Origin: an uncultured Elusimicrobia bacterium | Lineage (GTDB): Bacteria; Elusimicrobiota; Elusimicrobia; JACQPE01 | Direction of reading: 5' to 3' | Assembly (NCBI GenBank): GCA_964357255.1 | Contig: CAYHKQ010000004.1 | Location: forward strand, 1 to 46,124 | Length of the DNA stretch: 46,124 nt | Shown here: piece by piece, positions 1 through 8,065 of the stretch | Layout: every line of letters begins with the position of its first letter | Position numbering within the stretch: position 1 is the stretch's first letter | The notes under the pieces: model-generated | The model's database searches: none | The model's input: the letters and a program-made list of their open reading frames with translations, nothing else | Told to the model about the DNA's origin: nothing | Position numbers and translations under genes: made by a program

Positions 1-368
1 TCGCGCACGATTTTTTGAATTTGACTTTCCGTAAGGTCGTGCCTTAAATTCCTTAAGCAAAAAGCCACGTTCTCTCCCACCGTCAACGAATCAAAAAGAG
101 CCGCGCTCTGAAAAAGAAACCCGAATTTATTTTGAACCAGGGCCAACTTCTCCTCGCTTTGAGCGGCCGTAATGTCAATCCCGTCCACAATCACCGTGCC
201 CCTGTCGGGCCGCAGTAGCCCAACCATGTGCTTTAAAGCCACGGATTTTCCCGTTCCCGATCCGCCGATAATGGTCAGCGTTTCTCCTTCCGCGACGTCG
301 AGATTCATCCCCCGCAAAACATGATGGCGTCCGAAGCTTTTATAAACGTCGCGGAACTGAATAGACAT
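1..368 (-). CDS. mlaF: ABC transporter ATP-binding protein, MlaF-like (C-terminus cut by window edge)
   Basis: Hand translation of the minus strand from the ATG at 368 gives MSIQFRDVYKSFGRHHVLRGMNLDVAEGETLTIIGGSGTGKSVALKHM..., with Walker A GGSGTGKS. It begins 4 nt after the MlaE-like permease stop. It is absent from the supplied ORF track because it runs off the window. Confidence 0.8.
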   Translation of the reverse strand, partial: MSIQFRDVYKSFGRHHVLRGMNLDVAEGETLTIIGGSGTGKSVALKHMVGLLRPDRGTVIVDGIDITAAQSEEKLALVQNKFGFLFQSAALFDSLTVGENVAFCLRNLRHDLTESQIQKIVR

Positions 369-372
369 CCCC

Positions 373-1152
373 TTACCCTATTCCAAAGGCCACCAGAATG
401 GCCGATAAAAAATAATCTGAGATTAAAATCATGACCATTGAAGATACGACGGCCTGGGTGGTTGAACGACCCACCCCTTCGGCGCCGCCGGAGGTTCTAA
501 ATCCCACATAACAGGCCGTGGTCGCCACGATAGCGGCGAAAACGAAGGACTTGAGCACACCGTGAAGCGCCGCGCCCACGGTGATTCTATCCAACAGATC
601 GCCCCAATATGTCACGGCCGGAATTCCCAGCCGCCACACGCTGATCACATAACCACCAAAAATGCCTAAAAAATCCGCATACACGGTAAGGATTGGCAAC
701 ATAACAAAAGCGGCTAAAAAACGAGGGACGCCCAGGTACCGGGTGGGATTGGTGCCCAGGGTATAAAGGGCGTCAATCTGCTCGGTCACTTTCATGGTGC
801 CGAGTTCGGCCGCTATCGAGGCGCCAATGCGTCCACTCACAACGATCGCGGTCAGCACCGGTCCCAATTCCTTTAAGATAGAAAATCCGACCACCGTGCC
901 CACGTACAGCGGCTCGTTAAAAATATTTTTAAAGGAATACCCTGTTTGCAAGGCTAAAACCATGCCGACAAACAAGCTCGTGATGCCGACAACCGGCAAG
1001 GAATCCACTCCAATGCGGGCCGCCTGAGTGAAAAAAAGATCAAAATTCATCCGATCGCGAAACAAGGAACGCATCAAGTCCACCAACAAAAGGGTGACAT
1101 CCCCCGTCGTCTCCACGATACCAAACCAGCTCTTTTTAAGATAACCGTTCAT
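373..1152 (-). CDS. mlaE: MlaE/YrbE-family ABC transporter permease
   Basis: 259-aa polytopic membrane ORF. The stretch ...LKELGPVLTAIVVSGRIGASIAAELGTMKVTEQIDAL... is typical of the MlaE/Ttg2B family, and an ABC ATPase gene follows directly. Confidence 0.88.
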   Translation of the reverse strand: MNGYLKKSWFGIVETTGDVTLLLVDLMRSLFRDRMNFDLFFTQAARIGVDSLPVVGITSLFVGMVLALQTGYSFKNIFNEPLYVGTVVGFSILKELGPVLTAIVVSGRIGASIAAELGTMKVTEQIDALYTLGTNPTRYLGVPRFLAAFVMLPILTVYADFLGIFGGYVISVWRLGIPAVTYWGDLLDRITVGAALHGVLKSFVFAAIVATTACYVGFRTSGGAEGVGRSTTQAVVSSMVMILISDYFLSAILVAFGIG

Positions 1153-1178
1153 GTCAATAGCCCTTCTCTGCGGCCTTT

Positions 1179-1212
1179 TAACCCTTTTGAACCTTTAACC
1201 CTCTTGAACCTT
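1179..1212. repeat. Tandem 17-mer (TAACCCTTTTGAACCTT / TAACCCTCTTGAACCTT) in the alr-mlaE spacer, related to 34347-34370
   Basis: Two adjacent 17-nt units with 1 mismatch. The 24-nt core at 1187-1210 matches 34347-34370 at 22/24 by eye. Confidence 0.7.
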
Positions 1213-1213
1213 T

Positions 1214-2341
1214 TCACAGGTACACCTTCGGCAGCCTTGGCACGCCCAGGCCGCATAAAAATTGATAAACGCTGGTCTTGCCCCATTTGGCCCAATCCGC
1301 CGGCGCAACCCGCTCCTGCCCTTGAGGGCCCGCCACCACAACCTCATCTCCCACATAAACAGGCCCCGCGTCGGTCACGTCCACCATCATCATGTCCATC
1401 GTAATAAGACCCGCCACGGGCGCGGGCTTGCCCGCAATAAGAACATGGGCCTTGCCTGAAGCCGCCATCGGCAAGCCGTCGCCGTAGCCGATAGGCAAGG
1501 TAGCGAGCACGGTCGGCCGTGAGGTTATATAGGTTCCCTCGTAGCTCACGCGCGTTCCCACGGGAACTTTTTTAAGAAAGACGATCCGAGTCTTAATCGT
1601 CATAATGGGTTCAAACCCTGCCATCTGTCCGTACAAAGCCAAACCGGGGCGAACCAAGTCCAATTGGGCCTCGGGCGCGCGAACCGTGGCCGCGGAATTA
1701 GCCGCGTGAACCAAGGGTCTTGGTCCCTGCCCAAAAAGCAAGGTCAAGCCCCGCTCAAATTCCGCCAATTGCGCCCTTGTTAAAGCCTGATCACGAGCCG
1801 AGGCCAGATGGGTATAAACACCTTCGCATCGAACATTGGGCGCCTCGGCCAATGTTTTCAAGATCTCGACGCATGTTTCCGGCCGGGCTCCGATACGTTG
1901 CATCCCTGTTTCCATTTTTAGATGAACGCCGGCCGGTTCGTCCCGGGACCCCATGAAACGAGCCAATTGACGGGCGCCCTCCAAGCTCGAAATCGTGGCA
2001 ATCAATCGATGTCGAAGGCAAGCCTCAAAAGATTCGCGGAAAGGATAGGCGCTGCCTAAAAGTAAAATCCTCCCCTCAAGACCCGACTCTCTTAAAGCGA
2101 TGCCCTCCTCAATAGAGCTCACGCCAAAAAAACGCGCGCCCAGGAACTCTAAACGCCGGGCTACCTCCACGGCGCCGTGACCGTAAGCATTGGCCTTGAC
2201 CACGGCCAGCACTTGGCACGATTTTGAAACAAGATGATTTTTGAGCGTAAGATAATTCCGCTCCAGGGCGGCCCAACGAATCTCCATCCATGCCGGCCGG
2301 TAAAACCCCAAACCCTTGGACTCCCCAATGGCCGCCGCCAT
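1214..2341 (-). CDS. alr: Alanine racemase
   Basis: Carries the PLP-lysine motif VVKANAYGHG and has full-length alanine racemase-like architecture. I prefer the ATG at 2341 (MAAAIGES...), which abuts the dnaB stop at 2343, over the track start at 2407. Confidence 0.9.
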   Translation of the reverse strand: MAAAIGESKGLGFYRPAWMEIRWAALERNYLTLKNHLVSKSCQVLAVVKANAYGHGAVEVARRLEFLGARFFGVSSIEEGIALRESGLEGRILLLGSAYPFRESFEACLRHRLIATISSLEGARQLARFMGSRDEPAGVHLKMETGMQRIGARPETCVEILKTLAEAPNVRCEGVYTHLASARDQALTRAQLAEFERGLTLLFGQGPRPLVHAANSAATVRAPEAQLDLVRPGLALYGQMAGFEPIMTIKTRIVFLKKVPVGTRVSYEGTYITSRPTVLATLPIGYGDGLPMAASGKAHVLIAGKPAPVAGLITMDMMMVDVTDAGPVYVGDEVVVAGPQGQERVAPADWAKWGKTSVYQFLCGLGVPRLPKVYL

Positions 2342-2342
2342 G

Positions 2343-3788
2343 TTACCCAATCGTCTCCACCTCTTCCATAGAGCCAGAACCACCAGGCTGGCCTTCGCGC
2401 TCGACAAATTTGGTGCAGTAATTTAAAAAATACATGGGAATAGTATCGAGCGGTCCGTTGCGCTGTTTAGCGATAATAATCTCCGCCTGGGCCTTTTCCT
2501 CGGGCGTCGCATTTGGCTTGTACAACCCTGGCCGGTAAATCATAACGACCAAATCCGCGTCTTGCTCCAAGCTCCCCGACTCCCTCAAATCCGCCAACTG
2601 GGGCCGCCCGGACCGTTCCCTTTCTTCCGGACGGCGCGAGAGCTGGGACATGGCCATCACGGGCACGTTCAAATCTTGGGCCAAAATCTTAAGGCTTCTG
2701 GAAATCTCAGCCACCTCCTGCTGGCGGTTTTCCGCGCGCTCGCCGTATTTCAAGAGCTGAAGATAATCAATGATCACAAGGGAAAGCTCCTTGTTTTTTG
2801 CTTTGAGCTCGGAGGCTTTGCGCCGGGCGCGAGAGCGCAATTCCAAGGTGGTTAAACTTCGGGAATCGTCAATAAAAATATCCGCGCTCACAAAACGGTT
2901 AGCGGCGCCGATGATGTCCTGATATTTCGGGCGTTCAAGATAGCCCCGACGCAATTTGGTCGCGTCGGCCAGGGCTTCGGCGCAAAGCATACGAAGCAAT
3001 AAAGAACGCCTGTCCATTTCAAGAGAAAATATGGCCACGGCCTTTTTTTGCTCAAGGCCGACATGGGTCGCCAGATTAAGAGCCAGGGCGGTTTTGCCTT
3101 GGCCCGGTCGGCCCGCCACGATAATGAACTCGGCCTTTTGCAGGCCCGAGGTCAACTCATCAAGTTTCGTGTAACCCGTGGCAAGTCCGGTCACAAAAAT
3201 CTTGTGCTGACGGATGGATTCCAAATTTTCCATCAAGGGATGAACCAAATCGCGCACGCCCAAGAGGCCCGAGTCGCCGCTTTCGTGAGCCAAGCGGAAA
3301 ATCTTAGACTCAGCGCGGTCTAGGGCTTCCCGGACCCCCCCCGAGGGTTTAAACGAATCCTTGCGATGCCCCTCGCGGTAGCAATCCTCGACGATTTCCG
3401 AGGCCGCCTTTAAAAGATTCCGGTAAACGGCCTTTTCTCTAATGATGCCGGCATAATCGGCCAAGTGAGATTGCGAGCCGACGCGATCAACAAGCTCCGC
3501 GAGATACCCTTCCCCTCCGGCGTCTTGATAAAACGTATCTCCGGAGATCTCATTATGAAGGGTGACCAAGTCCACGGATTTGCCGCAACTAAACAGCCGG
3601 ACAATGGCGCGGAAAATTCTACGATGGATTTCTTCGTAAAAGTCTTGTTCGGAGAGCGAGCCTTCGATCCTGGTCAAACCCTCGGCGTCGAGGATCAAGG
3701 CTCCGAGGCAGGCCTTTTCAGTCTCGGTTGAATGGATAGGCCCGGCTCTTAGGTGCGGCGCAAAAGACGCGATAGACGCCTCGGCCAT
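2343..3788 (-). CDS. dnaB: Replicative DNA helicase DnaB
   Basis: 481 aa with Walker A GRPGQGKT. Also has the DnaB C-terminal RecA-like motifs (IIDYLQLL, SQLSR) and the typical N-terminal domain. Confidence 0.95.
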   Translation of the reverse strand: MAEASIASFAPHLRAGPIHSTETEKACLGALILDAEGLTRIEGSLSEQDFYEEIHRRIFRAIVRLFSCGKSVDLVTLHNEISGDTFYQDAGGEGYLAELVDRVGSQSHLADYAGIIREKAVYRNLLKAASEIVEDCYREGHRKDSFKPSGGVREALDRAESKIFRLAHESGDSGLLGVRDLVHPLMENLESIRQHKIFVTGLATGYTKLDELTSGLQKAEFIIVAGRPGQGKTALALNLATHVGLEQKKAVAIFSLEMDRRSLLLRMLCAEALADATKLRRGYLERPKYQDIIGAANRFVSADIFIDDSRSLTTLELRSRARRKASELKAKNKELSLVIIDYLQLLKYGERAENRQQEVAEISRSLKILAQDLNVPVMAMSQLSRRPEERERSGRPQLADLRESGSLEQDADLVVMIYRPGLYKPNATPEEKAQAEIIIAKQRNGPLDTIPMYFLNYCTKFVEREGQPGGSGSMEEVETIG

Positions 3789-3805
3789 AAAAAACTATTA
3801 ACCGG

Positions 3806-4306
3806 CTACGGCTTAGAAGGCTCGCCTCGAATCACGCTCACCTTAAGATCCGCCATCACGTCCTGATGAAGCCGCACCGGCACGTTCGCGGTTCCGAGAG
3901 ATTTCAAAGGCTCCTTCAAAATTAATTCAAATCCTTTAGGAAGAACGACGCTCTTGGTGCGCAAAGATTTAAGTATCTGACCCTTGCTGACGGAGCCGTA
4001 AAGGTCCCCCTTCTCGTCCACAAGAACCGTAAATTCAAGGTGAAGCTTTTCGATCTCGACCTTGGTTTCAGAAGCCGTTTTAGACAAAGTCTTGCGCTCT
4101 TTCTCAAAAACGGAACGCCGCGCCTCTAAATCCTTAAGAACCCCTTTAGAATAAGGAAGGGCGAGCCGCCGTGGCAAAAGAAAATTGCGCGCGTAACCGC
4201 AGGCCACCTCTTTAATTTCTCCGGTCTTGCCCAGGGCGGCGATATCAGCCGTCAAAACCACCTTGGTCCGATTCCGCGATAAACCCCTCTTAAGCATAGC
4301 CGTCAT
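3806..4306 (-). CDS. rplI: 50S ribosomal protein L9
   Basis: The motif ...LGKTGEIKEVACGYARNFLLPRRLAL... matches the L9 N-domain. It sits in the conserved rpsF-ssb-rpsR-rplI order. The start could be a few codons downstream. Confidence 0.88.
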   Translation of the reverse strand: MTAMLKRGLSRNRTKVVLTADIAALGKTGEIKEVACGYARNFLLPRRLALPYSKGVLKDLEARRSVFEKERKTLSKTASETKVEIEKLHLEFTVLVDEKGDLYGSVSKGQILKSLRTKSVVLPKGFELILKEPLKSLGTANVPVRLHQDVMADLKVSVIRGEPSKP

Positions 4307-4323
4307 GATATAGTCTTAAATGT

Positions 4324-4689
4324 TCAAGCGGTCGCAAAGGGCAGTAGGGCCATAATTCTGGCCATCTTAACGGCGTCGCGCACCCGGCGCTGATGCCTAG
4401 CGCAGGTCCCGCTGATGCGCGAGGGTAAAATTTTACCCCGCTCCGTTACAAAATTCCGCACCAAGGCCACGTCTTTATAATCCAAGGTTTCCTTGTGTTC
4501 CACGCAAAAACGGCAGGCCTTTCGCGGGCGTTCGCCCCGGCCTCCAAAATAACGCCCCCTCCGAGGGCCCGGTCCAGGGCGTCCTGCGCCTCCCGGGCGA
4601 TCCCCACGAAAACCACCAGGCCGGCTGGCCGGGGCAACCACGGGGCTCGATGAAGTCTGAGTTGGATTATCTTGCGACGTCTCCATCAA
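4324..4689 (-). CDS. rpsR: 30S ribosomal protein S18 with a ~45-aa Pro/Gly/Arg-rich N-terminal extension
   Basis: The C-terminal 75 aa ([60 protein letters not shown]) form the canonical S18 core. Confidence 0.9.
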   Translation of the reverse strand: MMETSQDNPTQTSSSPVVAPASRPGGFRGDRPGGAGRPGPGPRRGRYFGGRGERPRKACRFCVEHKETLDYKDVALVRNFVTERGKILPSRISGTCARHQRRVRDAVKMARIMALLPFATA

Positions 4690-4702
4690 TAAATTTCAGG
4701 GG

Positions 4703-5170
4703 CTAAAGAGCCACTTCCTCCATTTCTGCGTCCGCGGACTCTTGCGCGCTCTCATGCGCCGCAACCGCAACGGTTGCGGCCGGAGCAACGGCCTCTTCCG
4801 TCTCAGGGGCGCTCTGCGTTAACTGATACTCCAAAAATTGAACTCTCCGCGCTTCAACGTCCAAGGATCGCCTCTTGGTGCCATCCTTCGCGTCCCATTC
4901 GCGATATTTAAGCCGCCCTTCCACGAGAACAGGGGAGCCCTTATGCAGGCGGTCCTTGATTCTCTGGGCCGCGTCTCCCCACGCCGTCACGTCCACAAAA
5001 GCGACTTCCTCTTCCCAATTATTAGTGGTCTTGTTGAGATAACGGCGGCTCGAAGCCAGTCCGATCTTAGCCACTGCCTTTCCCGAAGGAAGAAAACGAA
5101 CCTCCGGATCTCTAGTCAACCGGCCGGCCACAATCACAAGATTAATTTCAGGAATCCTGATTTTTGTCAT
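4703..5170 (-). CDS. ssb: Single-stranded DNA-binding protein
   Basis: OB-fold N-terminus (INLVIVAGRLTRDPEVRFLPSGKAVAKIGLA...). It lies between rpsF and rpsR and has an acidic C-terminal tail. Confidence 0.9.
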   Translation of the reverse strand: MTKIRIPEINLVIVAGRLTRDPEVRFLPSGKAVAKIGLASSRRYLNKTTNNWEEEVAFVDVTAWGDAAQRIKDRLHKGSPVLVEGRLKYREWDAKDGTKRRSLDVEARRVQFLEYQLTQSAPETEEAVAPAATVAVAAHESAQESADAEMEEVAL

Positions 5171-5470
5171 TTAACTTCCTCCTCCATTGTCTTGCCGGAG
5201 AGTCATCTGCCGCAAAACATTCGGTTCCAAGCGCAACGCTTTCTGCCAGCCGGCCAGCGCCTCAAGGGGCAGGGCCAGATGCAAACACACGTACGTGCCT
5301 TCCATTTTTTTGCGGACAGGATAAGCTAGTCGCTTGCGGCCTAATTTCTCATCCTTAAGCACCTTGCCTTTGTGCTCCACGGCCATGCGGCCAAGCTTGC
5401 CGACATATTTGCCGACATCTTCTTCTCCTAAAGACGGATCCAACAGAACTAATGTTTCATAAGTCATCAT
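5171..5470 (-). CDS. rpsF: 30S ribosomal protein S6
   Basis: MMTYETLVLLDPSLGEEDV...RLAYPVRKKMEGTYV is S6-like. I chose the internal ATG at 5470; the track's 5548 start adds 26 non-S6 residues. Confidence 0.88.
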   Translation of the reverse strand: MMTYETLVLLDPSLGEEDVGKYVGKLGRMAVEHKGKVLKDEKLGRKRLAYPVRKKMEGTYVCLHLALPLEALAGWQKALRLEPNVLRQMTLRQDNGGGS

Positions 5471-5597
5471 AAGCGAAATTATTATACCTGATTTATAACT
5501 GCCCAGGTCTCCCTCCGGTCGACGGCCAACAAAAATTCTAAATGACATGGGTCATCATCGGGACAAAGGCATCCAGTGTATAATCCCTGTTGCGTCT

Positions 5598-7049
5598 ATG
5601 ACATATCCGCTAATCCGACGGCGTCTTTCCAAAGGCTCGGCTCTGTGCATAAGCGTAGCGCTCTCAATCGCCGCGACCGGAACCCTGCCTGCCCAGGACG
5701 CGGATTCCGCGCTCAATAAGCAGACGCTTGACGCCGTGGACGACAAGCCGGACATTAAAATCCTCAATCAGGTCGAGGAGGCCCGGCGGCTTTACGACGA
5801 AGGGTTTATCCAATTTCAGGACGGCAACTACGGGGCCGCTAAAAAAAACGTCCGCAAGGCGTTTGATATTCTCGCGTCAGTGGCGATGGAGGAGGGTCTT
5901 GTTGAAAAGATCAAGCCGGAACTCGATAGTTTGTCTGAAAAAATCCGCTCTTCAGAAATTCCGGAAATTCAAATCTCTTCTTCAACGTCGGCCCTTGAGG
6001 TCAGCACGGAGGAACTCCTGGACGTTCCCCTCGGTAGCGCGCAAACCGAGGCGCCGGTCAAGCCGAACGACGTCCAAAACTACTCCATTAAAATTGACCC
6101 CGACGATAAACTCGCGCAAAAATATTTGACTTTTTACACCAAAGGACCCAGAAAACATCTGGTGCTTAAGGCGCTCGAACAATCCGGCCGCTACAAAACA
6201 ATGATCGAGGCGGCTCTTAAAGATTTCGGCCTGCCGCGAGAACTTTTCTACCTGGTCATGGTGGAAAGCGAATTCAAGCATAATGCCTATTCACGAGCCG
6301 GGGCCGCCGGCCTTTGGCAGCTCATGCCGGCGACAGCCCGAAAGCTTGGCATTAAAGTCAGCTATTGGATTGACGAACGCTATGACCCGGAAAAATCCAC
6401 CCTGGCCGCCATGAAATACCTGCGCGATCTGCACAACCTTTTTGAGGACTGGCACCTGGCCCTTGCCGCTTACAACCGGGGCGAATTTGGAATAGGCAAA
6501 GACCTGCTCTTCGCCAAGGCCACCCAATTTTCCCAACTCTCGCAAGGCGCCATCCCTCGTGAAACCGGCGACTTTGTGCCAAAATTCATGGCTTGCGTCA
6601 TGTTGGGCGATCATCCCCAGGACTACGGATTCTTCCCACGCTACGAGCAACCGGAACCATTTGAAGTCGTGACGTTGGAAAAACCCTTGGATCTTAAAAT
6701 CGCGGCCCAATGCGCCGGGACCAGCGAGGAAATAATGCGGCGGCTCAATCCCGCGATTCGCGCTTGGTGCACGCCGATCAATTACCCTCAATTCCCATTA
6801 CGGATTCCCAAAGGGACGCGTGAGCGGTTTCTCAAGGAGATCGCCATGGTTAAAGACTGGAACCCGGCGCGCGGTTTTGTGCGGCACAAAATAAGAACGG
6901 GCGACGCGCTCTCGCGCATTGCCCGCAAATATCACACCACGGTCCAAGCGATCGTCAAAGACAATAAAAACGTCAACGCCAAACGCTTGAAACCCGGCCA
7001 AGTGTTAAATATTCAGCCGGGACGAAAATACTTCGAAAAGGAAAAATAA
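5598..7049 (+). CDS. Membrane-bound lytic murein transglycosylase (SLT domain) with C-terminal LysM
   Basis: SLT catalytic region LVMVESEFKHNAYSRAGAAGLWQLMPATARKLG. LysM-like C-terminus HKIRTGDALSRIARKYHTTVQAIVKDN...LKPGQVL. A signal-like N-terminus starts at the ATG at 5598. Confidence 0.85.
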   Translation: MTYPLIRRRLSKGSALCISVALSIAATGTLPAQDADSALNKQTLDAVDDKPDIKILNQVEEARRLYDEGFIQFQDGNYGAAKKNVRKAFDILASVAMEEGLVEKIKPELDSLSEKIRSSEIPEIQISSSTSALEVSTEELLDVPLGSAQTEAPVKPNDVQNYSIKIDPDDKLAQKYLTFYTKGPRKHLVLKALEQSGRYKTMIEAALKDFGLPRELFYLVMVESEFKHNAYSRAGAAGLWQLMPATARKLGIKVSYWIDERYDPEKSTLAAMKYLRDLHNLFEDWHLALAAYNRGEFGIGKDLLFAKATQFSQLSQGAIPRETGDFVPKFMACVMLGDHPQDYGFFPRYEQPEPFEVVTLEKPLDLKIAAQCAGTSEEIMRRLNPAIRAWCTPINYPQFPLRIPKGTRERFLKEIAMVKDWNPARGFVRHKIRTGDALSRIARKYHTTVQAIVKDNKNVNAKRLKPGQVLNIQPGRKYFEKEK

Positions 7050-7838
7050 ATGAACCGAATATTTTTTGCTTTCCTGACGCTTTTGTTAACCTGCGTCGCG
7101 CGCGCGGAGATAACCGTTTCAACGCCCGTCATCATCGCGCGCGCCGAATGGGGCGCGGCCGAGGCCAAGTATCCCATTGATCCCCTGCCTGAAATTTACC
7201 GCGGCGCCATCCACAACACAGCCGGCAATCTGCCTTTGAGCCTGCGGGCGGCTAAATCAGAAATGAAAGGCCTTCAGTTATATCATCAGCATGAGGGCTG
7301 GGCCGATATCGGGTACCACTTTGCCATAGACGGCGCGGGCCGCATTTTCGAAGGTCGGCCGCTCTATTTGCGCGGCTCACATGCCACGGGTGAAAACAAC
7401 GACGGCAATGTCGGCGTTGCCTTAATGGGCAATTTCAGCCGCTACCAGCCGACCCCGGCGCAATGGGAGAGCCTTAAACGACTGCTTTTATGGCTCACCG
7501 CGCGCTACCAAATCGAACCCGGCGAATGGAAGGGTCACCGGGATTATAATTCCCCCAAAGGTTGCCCCGGATTCTATGTCTACAAACAAATCCCGGCCCT
7601 GCGGAAATGGCTGGCCAACGCCATTAAATCCGGTCAACAAAACGCTTTTGTTTTATCTCAGGATCCCGTGGCGCAATTCGTCACACAAGAGCGTTCACTC
7701 GCAGAGGCGTTGTCGGGAAAATCCGCCGGTCCCGAGTCTCTGGCTTATCAAGCGGGCCGGTCCTACCTATCTCAACCGCCGCCCAAGAAATTGGCGCCGG
7801 CGATTTCCTCAAAAAAAGAACAAGACTTCGATTGGTAA
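7050..7838 (+). CDS. N-acetylmuramoyl-L-alanine amidase (Amidase_2 / PGRP fold), secreted
   Basis: Signal peptide MNRIFFAFLTLLLTCVARA. Motifs GAIHNTAG...GWADIGYHFAIDGAGRIFEGRP...GSHA...NVGVALMGNF. The start codon directly follows the upstream stop. Confidence 0.85.
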   Translation: MNRIFFAFLTLLLTCVARAEITVSTPVIIARAEWGAAEAKYPIDPLPEIYRGAIHNTAGNLPLSLRAAKSEMKGLQLYHQHEGWADIGYHFAIDGAGRIFEGRPLYLRGSHATGENNDGNVGVALMGNFSRYQPTPAQWESLKRLLLWLTARYQIEPGEWKGHRDYNSPKGCPGFYVYKQIPALRKWLANAIKSGQQNAFVLSQDPVAQFVTQERSLAEALSGKSAGPESLAYQAGRSYLSQPPPKKLAPAISSKKEQDFDW

Positions 7839-7861
7839 CACCCGACGTTTCCTGCTCTTAG

Positions 7862-7887
7862 GGTTAGTCTAAAGGGTTAGTCTAAAG
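7862..7887. repeat. Tandem direct 13-mers GGTTAGTCTAAAG x2
   Basis: Read directly: 7862-7874 and 7875-7887 are identical. They contain the GTCTAAAG core of the palindrome family. Confidence 0.85.
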
Positions 7888-7915
7888 TCCCTAATTGAAC
7901 TAGGTCTAAGGACCC

Positions 7916-7943
7916 ATGACAAAAACACGCAAACATTTAATAT
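7916..7943 (+). promoter_or_regulatory. Candidate sigma70-like promoter for the S8 protease gene
   Basis: ATGACA (7916-7921), 16-nt spacer, TAATAT (7938-7943). Called by eye only; alternative -10 hexamers (TACAAT at 7943-7948) exist. Confidence 0.3.
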
Positions 7944-7947
7944 ACAA

Positions 7948-7988
7948 TTAGGACTTTAGTCCTATATGGCATAGGACTAAAGTCCTAA
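7948..7988. repeat. Perfect 18-bp inverted repeat (hairpin/operator) made of two AGGAC-N4-GTCCT palindromes
   Basis: TTAGGACTTTAGTCCTAT (7948-7965), loop ATGGC, ATAGGACTAAAGTCCTAA (7971-7988). The arms are exact reverse complements. Confidence 0.9.
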
Positions 7989-8065
7989 AACGCAACTGGG
8001 AAACGGCCTCGAGAAAACGACGACGCTGGGAAGAAAGGACCCAAGTCAGGTCACTGGAGGTATTG

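Noticed and set aside
5471-5597. N-terminal extensions in the ORF track for rpsF (to 5548), the lytic transglycosylase (from 5547), alr (to 2407), livG (to 32565), livF (to 31667) and hemL (from 12728).
   Set aside because: The extensions are not homologous to the respective families, and they overlap neighbouring genes or the divergent promoter region. Internal starts give canonical N-termini or signal peptides.
7862-7887. Tandem 13-mers here, and the 17-mers at 1179-1212, as a CRISPR or iteron array.
   Set aside because: There are only two units each, no spacers, units far shorter than CRISPR repeats, and no cas or rep genes nearby.
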